From: Camelus ferus
Lineage: Eukaryota
DNA: 64,000 nt
Direction: 5' to 3'
Assembly: GCF_009834535.1 (NCBI RefSeq)
Contig: NC_045712.1
Coordinates: forward strand, 34,534,001 to 34,598,000
Position 1 is the stretch's first letter. Each line of letters opens with the position of its first letter. Below the pieces are notes generated by a model. It worked only from the letters and a program-made list of their open reading frames with translations, was not told the DNA's origin and ran no database searches. The translations under genes were made by a program, and so were the position numbers. Positions 24,501-35,900 of this stretch are shown here, piece after piece.

Positions 24501-27500
24501 TCTAATGGAGAAACGCAGACAACAGACATGAGTAAATTATACAGCATGTTAAAACTAGAGGAAAAGGTGGGGAAGGATAAAGGAGGGTTGGAGTTGCAAT
24601 TTCAAGAGGGGTGGTCAGATAAGGCCTCTTTGAGAAGGTGGGTTGATGAGAAGGGAAGGTATGAAGTGCTCTGTCAGAAATGAAAAGTGCTAATTTAGGG
24701 TTGTAGGGCCCTTTAGCACAGAGGACCTCACAAGGCTGAGCCTGAGAAAGATGGAGTGATTCCTAATCACTCATCCTTGAACCCAGGTCTGCCTTAGGTC
24801 AGGTCCAAAGTCCAGACCACCCCTAGCCTGGCAGGCCTCCCATCATCTGTCCCTCCTCTGGTTTTTCTGGCCCCAGCCCTTGCTTTCCCACATGCCCCTA
24901 ACCCTGGCCCCTTCTAAGCAGGTGAATAGCTGGGAGACGCTGCAGTTGCAAGAGTGCTTGTGGGCTGGTGAGTGGGACTGGGGGTGCTGGGGCGGGGCCA
25001 CTGCAATAGGGGTGAACCCTGGAAGTTCCTGGGGGTGAAGGTCAGGCATGCAGCAGGGGAGTGGCAGTCCCCAGCCAGGTTGGGTCTCACTCGTAGTGGG
25101 CTCTTACCCTTTCCAGACTCTCTGGGGCCTCTCAAGGATGACATGCTGCTGGTGGAGACACGAGGCCCCCAGGACAACAGATCACTCTGTGCCTTGGAAG
25201 CCAGTGGCTGCACCCCACTGCTCAGCGGGGTGTCCACGGTGAGGGCTGGGGGACCCTCCTCCGTGTACCTCTCCGGCTCCATCTCAAGCTTGCTCTTAAA
25301 TGTGCACTCTACTCAATTTCCCTTCTGCTGTGCCAGGCCCTCTGCTGGTCTCTGGGAATGTGGGGGTGACTCAGACCAGGGCCTTGTTCTCAGTGGCCTC
25401 TCAAAAGTCTCCCAGCCCCTCCACTACCTCCCCCCAACTCCACTATTCTGCCCAGCTGTAGCCTGGTGGTCTCCTAGTTGTGGTGCCTCTAGGTGACAGC
25501 TCCCACCCCTTGACTTGGCAGAGGGCAGCTCGCCTTGGAGAGCAGTTGCTACAAGACCTGCGATCAGGCCAGTGTCTGCAGGTGAGTATGTGGCAGGAGG
25601 GCCCTCCCTAATGCCCAAGGGCAATAGGCCTAAAACCCTGTCTTTAACCTCTTCTACCTTTTCCTGTGCCTGGCCGAGGGCACCAAGGAAATGCACTCTT
25701 CCTGGCAGGGGCCTCCTCACCACCCCTCTAGCACTCACCCGCCAGCTCTGTGGACTTATTTTGTGTCTAGCCCTGGGGAAGCTAAGAGTTGAAGAAGCAT
25801 AGTTCCTGTCCCCAAGGTCCTCACTACTGGCTAGAAATCAGCAAACAGATAACCATTGGGTTAAGATAGTCAGTGACCAGTGTGCTAAGCTCTGGGTTCC
25901 AGGGAGAGCTTCAAGAAAGGGTGTCTTCATGTGGGCCACATCTGCTATGGAGGCAAGTCCAGGTAGTAGGCCCAGCATTAGCAAAGGCAGAGCAGCTTAT
26001 GGCAACCTCCTGTGTGTCGGGGAAAATATGCATAGTTGAGGCTGGAAATTTGGGACCAGAACTTGGTGGGTGTTGAAGACCAAGCTGGGGGCTCTGATTT
26101 GGTTTTGTGTCTTACAGCTGTGGGATGATGACCTGGGAGCATTATGGGCCTGCCCCATGGACAAGTGTGAGTATCACAAGAATTCCCCTCCTCTCTGTCC
26201 CAGGAGCTGGAGTCTTGACAGGAACCATTCCTAGGGGCAGTACACACAGTGGCCTTGCCCTTCCCTGGCTCATATGAATCAAGAGGGCCATTCCTTCCTT
26301 CGTTCAAAAATCACAAGGAGCACTTGCAGGGATCTCAGCATTACCAAAGAGAGACAATCCCTGCCCCCATGCCAGCTATAGAATCTAGAAAGACATTAAC
26401 TAAACAGTTGTTTAAGAAGTGTGAGCTATTGAAGCATTCACTACAAAGCAAAAGTGTTCAAAGCCCTGAATGCACATGACGGGGACCCGACCTAAGTGGG
26501 GTGAGCAGTTCAGGAGAAAGGCTGGAGCTAAGCTAGCCGAAGGGGCTAGAGATGCCTTTTGGGGAAGACTGTGGGGTATTTTTTAAGGAACTCCAAGGTG
26601 GTCGGTGTGGCTGGAGGGTCTTGGGAGGCAGGCCTGTCACGAGGTGAGGATGCAAGGGCCATGTAGGGCTTTGGGAGCCAATGGAAGCAATTTGGATTTT
26701 ATGTGAGAAGTAGTAGGGGCTTCTTGAAAGGCTGTAATCAGGTTTGTATTTTTAAAAGATCTCTGGGGCTGCCGTGTGGTAATGAACTAGAGGCCAAAAA
26801 GGCACCAGAGACACCAGTTAGAAGGCTGTTGAAGTCATCCAAGAGAGTGAGGTCAAGGGTCCAGCAACCTTAGGTTTAGGGGACAATAATATTAGCTGAC
26901 ATTTGAGCACTTACTATGCCCAGCATTGTGTTCAGTGCTTTATGTGTATTAATACATGTAGTCCTCACAACAATCCTATGAAGTAGATGCTGTTGTCCCA
27001 ATTTTACAGAGGTGAAAACTGAGGCAGAATGTGAAGTCACTTATCCAAGGTCACCCAAGTAGGTGGATCTATATTCATACACTGGCTCTGACACTATGAG
27101 CTGTGGACTTTGGGCAAATCACCTCATTTCTCTGAGCCTCAGTTTTTCTCCTTGGTGAAGTGGGGTCTCTAACAAATCTGTCTTCTCCCCTGGGTCTCCT
27201 AGACGTCCACCAGCGCTGGGCCCTGGTGTGGCTGGCCTGCTTACTCCTTGCCGCTGTGCTTTTCCTTCTCCTCCTTCTCAAAAAGAACCATGTGAAAGGT
27301 GAGCGCTTGCCAGCTCCCCATTACCCAGGGGCAGGGCTGGAAGCTGGCCAGGAGAAGGCGGCGGCTGGGCTCACGGGCTGCCTCCGCTCCTCTCCCCTAA
27401 CAGGGTGGCTGAGGCTCTTGAAGGAGGACGTCCGCGTGGGGGGTGAGTTGTGAGCCAGCGCCGGGCGGGGGGCCGCCCCCAGTGGGCTGGGCCTCCGGCC

Positions 27501-28167
27501 AACTCACATCTCGCACCCCGCTCTGTTCTTTCCCGCAGCGGCCGCCAGGAGCCGCGCGGCTCTGCTCCTCTACTCCGCCGATGATGCTGGCTTCGAGCGC
27601 CTGGTGGGCGCCCTGGCGTCGGCGCTGTGCCAGCTGCCGCTGCGCGTGGCCGTGGACCTGTGGAGCCGCCGTGAACTGAGCGCGCAGGGGCCCCTGGCCT
27701 GGTTCCACGCCCAGCGGCGCCAGACCCTGCAGGAGGGCGGCGTGGTGGTCCTGCTCTTCTCGCCCGGGGCCGTGGCGCTGTGCCACGAGTGGCTGCAGGA
27801 CGCGGCGTCGGCGCCCGTAGCGCACGGCCCGCACGACGCCTTCGCCGCCTCGCTCAGCTGCGTGCTGCCCGACTTTTTGCAGGGCCGGGCGCCCGGCCGC
27901 TATGTCGGAGCCTACTTCGACAGACTGCTGTCCCCGGACGCCGTGCCCGCCCTGTTCCGCACCGTGCCGGTCTTCTCACTGCCCTCACAGTTGCCAGACT
28001 TCCTGGGGACCCTGCAGGGGCCCGGCGCCCTCCGCCACGGGCGGCTCGCGGAGAGGGCGGAGCAAATGTCCCGGGTCCTCCAGCCCGCCCTGGACAGCTG
28101 CTTCCGGCCCCCAGGGACCCCGGGGACGGGTCGCGGGATGAGGCCTGAGGCAGAGGAGAGGACTTGA
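18531..28167 (+). CDS. IL17RC: Interleukin-17 receptor C, 19 coding exons
   Basis: Exons: 18531-18635, 18932-18953, 19150-19302, 19566-19640, 19732-19841, 20768-20879, 21206-21250, 22788-22927, 23150-23209, 23522-23576, 23671-23852, 23946-23996 (GC donor), 24922-24967, 25117-25238, 25522-25581, 26118-26166, 27203-27298 (TM), 27404-27442, 27539-28167 (SEFIR). Total 2151 nt = 716 aa, phases consistent. Peptides MPVSWFLLSLALGR, LQTELVLRC, LWDDDLGALWACPMDK and VAVDLWSRRELSAQGP match recalled human IL17RC. Confidence 0.97.
21362..21390. repeat. (TTCA)7 microsatellite
   Basis: Seen directly; this motif is typical of L2 tails. Confidence 0.85.
21890..22560 (+). mobile_element. L2 LINE 3' relic, IL17RC intron 7
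   Basis: cattcatcagacacttactgag...gaggttctgagcagagg pattern typical of L2 3' ends; boundaries approximate. Confidence 0.6.
26240..27165. mobile_element. L2 relic followed by a MIR relic, IL17RC intron 16
   Basis: L2-like 26240-26850; MIR core tttacagaggtgaaaactgaggcag...ccaaggtcac at about 26990-27060. Confidence 0.55.
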
Positions 28168-28520
28168 ATAAAAGCAGATACTATTTTTCTATCTGTGTCT
28201 CCCAAGTGTCTCTGTAACCCAGCGGACAGCCGGGCCCGCCGCCCGCACCCTGTATCGCAGCGGCCCTTTAACACCCAGACAGGTGCAGTCCGGCGACGCC
28301 TCTGGTTGGCTGGCGTGGGGTGACGCAATGGCACATGGCCTGCTGCCATTGGCTGTGGCTCGGGCTCCGCCTCCCGGACTGCGGAGCAGGCGGAGGGCGC
28401 ACGTCTTACGCAGCCCGCGGCCGCGGTGGCGTTGGGGAGATTGAGCTGTCGGCGCCCCCGGGCTGGGTGGGTCATCTCTTCCTCTCTCGAGCCTACGCGG
28501 ATCTGGAGTCTCCCTTGCGG
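27340..28520. promoter_or_regulatory. CpG island spanning IL17RC exons 18-19 and the CRELD1 promoter
   Basis: Visibly dense CpG and high GC. ATTGG (inverted CCAAT) at 28348-28352, TGACGCAAT at 28321-28329, CTCCGCC GC box at about 28365. Confidence 0.75.
28167..28172 (+). terminator. IL17RC polyadenylation signal overlapping the stop codon
   Basis: TGAATAAA: TGA 28165-28167 shares its A with AATAAA 28167-28172. Confidence 0.8.
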
Positions 28521-28992
28521 GCTCGTGGGCCGTGCCTTTGCCGCCTGCAGGCCCCGAACCTGACCCCTTCTCTTCATATCCGGATCTGGGTTCCTCCCCA
28601 CAAGACCCTCCGTCTGGCGTCTTCTCCCTAAATACTTAGGAATCTGACCCATTCTTCCTAATTCCGCCGATCCGGCCCGTAGGAACCATATTCCGACCCT
28701 AGAACAATGGGCTGACTCCTACGCCCTTGCTGAGGATCCAGACCACCTCCCCCACGGTGACGAGGATAACTTATTACCGTCCTGGAATTGTAGAATAGAC
28801 TCCTTCCCCCACCCCCCACCCCCGTCTCCCCTCCCTTGACCTTACCCTAGTTCCACCTTCTTTTCTTACAGTAACACAGATCTGGGCTCCCAGACTCGCG
28901 ACACCTCAGAATCAATGCTTTTCTTTTTCACTTGGCTCCTCCAGCAAACCTTTCCCACGTCCTCTATCTACAGGTGCCCAGCCTGGGAAAAG

Positions 28993-31900
28993 ATGGCCCC
29001 ATGGTCCCAGAGGGGCCTAGCCCCAGCTCTGCTCTGGGGCCTGAGCCTCTTCCTTGGCCTCCCAGCCCCTGTATGGGTCCAGCCCTCTCTGCCTCCCCAG
29101 GCTTCTCCCCCCACTGAGCCCCATCCATGTCATACCTGCCGGGGACTGGTCGACAGCTTCAACAAGGTGGGTGCACCAGGAGTGTAATGGGGGCGTCTCA
29201 ACTACTCGAGCACAGGGGTTGAGAGCTGGGAGCTCTGGGATAGAAGTCTGCATGCACTCATGTCCCAACTTGGTTACTTACTGGTTGTATAGCCTTGGGT
29301 AGGTTGCCTTCTGTGCCTCAGTTTCCTGATCAGTGAAAGAGCTAGAGTGTGCCAGGAACTATACTTGGCTATTACTAATTTTTTCCATTTCCAGGGCCTG
29401 GAGAGAACCATCAGGGACAACTTTGGAGGTGGAAACACTGCCTGGGAGGAAGAGAAGTTGTCTAAATACAAAGACAGGTAGGGAAGAAGCTGGACGGATG
29501 GGTTTGTCTACTTCACATCCCAGTCTCTGCTATGCTGGTGGAGACTCTTTGGGAGCATTTATTCAACAATATCATTGAACATCTGTAGGACAGCAGTAAA
29601 CAAGCAAAATCCATCTTCATGGAGCTTGCATTCCAGTAGAGGAGACAGACAGTGAAGAAGTAAATAAAATCATATCAGGTGAAGAACAGTAAAGCAGGGT
29701 GGACTACAGAATGGTGAGAGGTGTGGCGTTTGACATATGACATTAAAACAGAGACCTGAGTGGGGAGGGAAATAGCTCAGTGGTAGAGCGCATGCTTAAC
29801 ATGCACAAGGTCCTGGGTTCAGTCCCCAGCACCTCCATTAAAAACAAAACAAAACAAAAGAACAGAGACCTGAGGTGAAGAGCGAACTGTGTGAAAATCA
29901 GGGGAGGGATTTGGAAAGGGGGGGGACTGAGCTTGGTGTGTTTGAGAAGTGGCTGGATTTGGAGTGAGCAGAGGGGAGAGTGGTGGGTAGGACGTTTGGA
30001 GTGGGAAAGTGATGTGGTTTTATTTATATCTTTAAAAGGTCACTGACACTGCTGTGTAGCGAACAGACTCTAGGATGCCAGGGTGGAGGAGCAGAAAGAC
30101 CAGTCTGGAGGCGGGTGCATAGTCTAGGCATGAGGGCAGCAGTGGACATGATGAGAAGGGGTCAGATTCTGGGTGTATTTTGCAGATAGACTGATAGGAC
30201 TTGATGATGGAATCATTATGGGATGTGAGAGGAAAAAGTAGAATAAAAGTTCCTCAGTAGGTTTTGGGCCTGAGTAACTGGGTGAATAGTGGGACTGTTT
30301 TCTGAGATGGGTGAAACTGAGGAAGGAAAAGATGTAGGGAGGTCATGGAATCAGGCGTTCTCGTTAAACTTGTTGGGCTGAGATGTCCGTAAAGAGTCAA
30401 GGAGAGTTAGATTTAGGAGTCAGGAGTTCGGGAGAGAAGTAGGACTGGAGACGTGAATTTGGCGGTCATCAGCATAGAATCAGCATATAGTCAAGTCTTG
30501 GGACAAGATGAGATTATATTGAGAGGAGAGCCTTGAGCCCCAGGCCCTCCACATTTTCAGTGTCAGATTGAGGAGAAGGAATCAGCAAGGCTTGGAGTTA
30601 GACCTGGTTGTCAGTTCTGACTCTTTATACCCTAGGGAAGGTCACTTCTCTCTGATCCTCAGTTTCCTCATCTGTAAAATGGGGATATTAAATACCAACT
30701 TTGCCTACTTCATAGGATTGTGGTAAGGATTAAACTGTGATGCCCAATAGAAATAAAAGTTTTGTTATTATGTAACATTTTCCTTTCCTTCAGTGGGCCT
30801 GTTTCTTCATTTGGGAATGAGGAGATTGACCAAGATAACCTTGAGAGCACTTCTAGCTCTATAATGGCTCGTTTTGTTTTGTTTTAAATCACCTCCTCCT
30901 ATATGCCAGGCACTGTGCCAGACCTGTTATATATGTATAATACATTTAGTGTACATGTATATTTAAAAGTTATTTCATTGTGGTAGAATGCAATAGTACA
31001 AAATTTACCATTAGAGACATTTAGTACATTCACAGTGTTGTGCAACTGTTACCATTTTCTAGTTCTAGACTGCTTTCATCGCCCCTAAAAACTCTATTCC
31101 CATTAAATAGTCACTTCCCTTTCCCCCTCCCCCAGCCTCTAGCATCCACCAGTCTGCTTTCTGTCTCTGTGCTATTTGCTGATTCTGTTGGAATCATACA
31201 ATTTGGTCTTTTATGTCTGGCTTCTTTTACTTAGCATAATGGTTTCAACGTTCATCNNNNNNNNNNNNNNNNNNNNNNNNNNNNNNNNNNNNNNNNNNNN
31301 NNNNNNNNNNNNNNNNNNNNNNNNNNNNNNNNNNNNNNNNNNNNNNNNNNNNNNNNNNNNNNNNNNNNNNNNNNNNNNNNNNNNNNNNNNNNNNNNNNNN
31401 NNNNNNNNNNNNNNNNNNNNNNNNNNNNNNNNNNNNNNNNNNNNNNNNNNNNNNNNNNNNNNNNNNNNNNNNNNTTACTGAGTCAGATGGTGATTCCATG
31501 TTTAACTTATGAAGGAACTGCCAAACTGTTTTCCATAGTGGCTGCACCATTTTTCATTCCCACCTGCAATGTTGGACCATTCTAGTTTCTCCACGTCCTT
31601 GCCAGCACTTGTAATACGATATGTTTTTAACCACATCTACCCAGCAAGGGTGTTATATTCCATTGCACAGATGCAGGGACTGAGCTATCTTACAACAAAC
31701 CTGCAGGGAATATTGTCCCCATTTTACAGATGAGAAAACAGAGGTTTGGGAGAGGGTAAATGACTTGCCCAAGGTCAGACCACTGGATTAGAACCCAGGG
31801 CTGTCTGACTCCCCAAACCAGTACCCATGCCATTATGGCCTGTGGCCTTTCCTTTGACATGGTCTGGCACAAGGAGGGGCGGGAGGGGAGATGGTGAGGA

Positions 31901-32885
31901 GGGTGGTAGGTGGGCTGGAGTGTGGCCCTAACGCTCATCCCTGTCTGGTTAGCGAGACCCGCCTGGTAGAGGTGCTGGAGGGCGTGTGCAGCAAGTCGGA
32001 CTTTGAGTGCCACCGCCTGCTGGAGCTGAGTGAGGAGCTGGTGGAAAGCTGGTGGTTTCACAAGTGAGTGGTCGGGGCCTTCCGGGGGCGAAAGGTAAAA
32101 CAGGGGGTGGTAAGCTAGGGGCTGTGTCCCCATTCGCCTCCTTCCTCCAAAGCCAGGTGCGCTCAGGACTCGCTGGGGGACCAGGCTCACTCTGAGCTTC
32201 AGTTTACGCCTCTCCCAAACGGGGAAGGGGTGTTGGTCAGGCAGCCTGTGGGTTTATGCCCAAGATGGGCTGTTTCACAGAATCTGAGGGAGGTGGGGGG
32301 ACAGCACCTCTGACACTGTCTCGGTCCCCGCACTGTCCCCCGCCTCAGGCAGCAGGAAGCCCCAGACCTCTTCCAGTGGCTCTGCTCCGATTCCCTGAAG
32401 CTCTGCTGCCCGCCAGGCACCTTTGGGCCCTCTTGCCTTCGTGAGTTTTTCATGTTCTTCTTGGGAGATGGAAGGGGAATCCTGGGGCTAGGGATCCAGG
32501 CCTGGCTCTGTCCCTAGTTGGCTGTGTGAGCTTAGTCTGCTCAGATAACTTCTCTGGACCTCCATGAACAGGGCCCTGTCTCACAGGGCTGGTGAGGTGA
32601 ACAAATCAACGGAGAACGGCCCTGGAAAAAGACACAGGGCTAGACCAAGTCAGATACAGCTGTAGTTTCTATGATGCATTTGAGAAGTGCCCCCATCCTC
32701 CCCGCCATTTCCCATGCCTGGACCAGCCCAGGCCCCATGCCCTGGACTAAGATGACCTTCCTAGGGATGGGGCAGAAGCCCCTGTTGTCACCACCGTTTT
32801 CTGCATACAGTTCTGAGGCAGGGGCTGAACTTACTACCAGCCCTTTTTAGAAAAATCTCTCTGGAAGCAGCTGATATAAAGAGTT

Positions 32886-32921
<36 letters not shown>

Positions 32922-35900
32922 AACAACAAAGATGGTCAATTCAGTCTTTATAAAAGAAAAGGTTTATAAATAACATAACTGTTCCACAATGGGGCATTGG
33001 TTAAGTAAATTGCATACAGTTTTATGACAAAATATTATGTCATCATTAAAATCATTTCCTCTCCAGAAATGTTGACAGATACGGGGAAAATATTCTCTAC
33101 ATACAAGGTTGTATTTACAGTCCCGCCTGCTTTGGTGTCTGCCCACAGCCTGTCCTGGGGGCGCAGAGCAGCCCTGCGGTGGCCACGGGCAGTGTGAAGG
33201 GGAAGGGACTCGAGGGGGCAGCGGGCACTGTGACTGTCAAGCCGGCTACGGTGGAGAGGCCTGTGGCCAGTGCGGCCTTGGCTACTTTGAGGCAGAACGC
33301 AACGCCAGCCATCTGGTATGTTCGGGTAGGTAGCCGAGAGGCGCAGCACTGGGCAGGGGCACTTGGGGTGCCTGCCTGCACACCCTCATATGTCCCCCAT
33401 CCCACCCAGCTTGCTTTGGCCCCTGTGCCCGCTGCTCAGGACCTGAGGAATCAAACTGTTTACAGTGCAAGAAGGGCTGGACCCTGCATCATCTCAAGTG
33501 TGTAGGTGAGTGGGGCCCTGCCCTCGGCCTGGAGGGGCAGGGAGGGGTCCTGGGGTTGGTTCCCCATCAACACACACATCTCTGTGCTAGACCAACCCAG
33601 TCCCCACCTTCATGGAGATCTCAACCTGGTTGGGAAGGCAGAAGAGTAACCAGGTACTTACAGTACAGACTGATGGTTTTACAGGGAGAGATGTACCTCT
33701 TCCAGCTCCATGGTGGTGGGGAATCAGGAAAGGCTTCTTGGAGGAGGTGTCACTTGGGTCAAGTCTTGAAAATTGAAAAAGGGTTAGCCAGGGGAATGAA
33801 GATACTGAACTTGGGACAGGAAACCTGGGTTCCAGACTTAGTCTGATCCCTGACTAGCCATTTAGATAGACGAGGGTAAAAGCTAAGCTGCTGTAACAAA
33901 AAGATTCTCAAAGACTGTGGCTTAAAGAATATAGAGGTTTATTTTTATCTCATATCACAGTCTCGAAGCCAGTCGTCCAGGCTGGCAGGGAAGCGCTGCT
34001 TGTCCCAGTCATTAAGAACCCAGATTCCATCTGTCTTATTGTGCATTCATTCCCTTGGGTGTTGGCTTCCTGGTTGAGGCTGGGTCACGAGCACCTCCGT
34101 GTTCCATGACCCAGCATTCAGGAAGTGAGGAAGGGAAGAAAGTGCACGGAGGAGTCCACGTCCGTTGTTTTAAGGCCAAGCCAGAAGTGGAGCACATCAC
34201 TTCTGTTTACATCCTGCTGGCCAGAACGCAATCACAAGGCCACACTTGGCTGCAAGGCAGATTGAAAAATGCCGTCTCCTGCTGGATGGCCCGGAGTCCA
34301 GCTGCACCTCTGTGTCCGTGCTGGTGGACAGCCTGTGGTGTCTGGACCACTGGGGCCTGGGCTAGTCCCTTTGCAACAACCCGGGCCTCAGCTTCCCCGT
34401 TAGTGAAATAGGGACTGAAGTCCCCACCCTACTGGCCTCTTTGCAGACATTGATGAGTGTGGCACAGAGCGAGCCAGCTGTGGACCTGACCAGTTCTGTG
34501 TGAACACGGAGGGCTCCTACGAGTGCCGAGGTACGTGCCGCTCCTGCACGGGAGGAGGGTGGGGATGGTGGGAGGAACTGCTCCTCGCCTTTCCCCACAA
34601 ACTTCCACCTTCCCAGGTACCAGAACTTCTCCCCACCTCCTGCCCAGAACTCTTCTGGAGCAGGGCTTCCCCCCAGGCCTACGGGCACTCACATCCTTTT
34701 CTCCTCTCCTTTCTCCAGACTGTGCCAAAGCCTGCCTGGGCTGCATGGGGGCAGGGCCAGGCCGCTGTAAGAGATGCAGCCCTGGCTACCAGCAGGTGGG
34801 CTCCAAGTGCCTCGGTGAGTGTCCTGCTGGTAGGGCTCTGGCACCCGGGGGGGCCTTGCCCACCACAAATTGAGAGGGGCTGGAAGGTGGACAGGGCATG
34901 GGAAGGAAGGGTGGAAGGTTGCCTGGGCCAGGGCAGGGGGTGTCAGGATGTGAGCAAGACAGAGTCAGGGGCCCTTCCCGTGGGAGCCTGGTGGCCAGGC
35001 CTCTGACCCTCCGCATCCTTCCTCAAGATGTGGACGAGTGTGAGACAGTGGTGTGCCCGGGAGAGAATGAGCAGTGTGAGAACACAGAGGGCAGTTACCG
35101 CTGCGTCTGTGCCGAGGGCTACAAACAGATGGAGGGCATCTGTGTGAAGGAGCAGATCCCAGGTGAGCCCCATGTTGGCCCCAGAAACCTGGGGGGGGGG
35201 TCACCATCCAGGCGGCAGGGAAGCCCTGCCTCCAGGCCGCTGCCAGCCCTGCCCCACCCCCACCCACACCCAGCCCTCGTGTGCTGCACTGGGATCTGAA
35301 CCCCACATCTGATCCCCAGGCTGGCTTCTCTTGCCCTCACAGCTCCCAGGGTGGAAAGAAAATGGGACTTGGCCTTAAGTCATTCTGCCTCCCCAGGCCT
35401 CTTTCCTCATCTGTCCAGTGGGACCCATCCTTGCCCTGCCGCTGAGAGCTGTCGTAGGCCATGGTTGTGATGAGACCAAAGACAGTCACAGTGATGATAG
35501 TGACCACTTCCACAGCTCTTAACCCTGTGTCACACGCTGTTCTAAGCATGCTGCACGTATTAACTTATTTCTCCCCTAAAACCAGTCCAGTGCTGTAGCT
35601 ATTATTCTCATCCCCACTGGTATAGTGGAAGCTGGGATGCAGAGATGGAACAACTTGCCCAGGGCCACATGGCAAGCAGGTGGCAGAGCTGGGCATTGAT
35701 GCCAGCACTCTGGCTCTGGAGCTGGGCTAGCACACGTGCTCTGACCCAACTTGCCCGCCTGGCCTTGGGCAAACCTCTTCACCTCTCTGAGCCTCAGGTT
35801 CCCATTTAGTGAGACAGGGATAATAGCTGCCCCTCTTGGAGTTGTTTTCAGCAGCAAATGACATCTTGTGCTGGTGTGCCCGGCAGGCACGCAGCAGCAA

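Noticed and set aside
28320-28631. 103-aa ORF in the CRELD1 promoter/exon 1 region
   Set aside because: Starts at GTG within promoter elements of a GC-rich island; no homology recognised.
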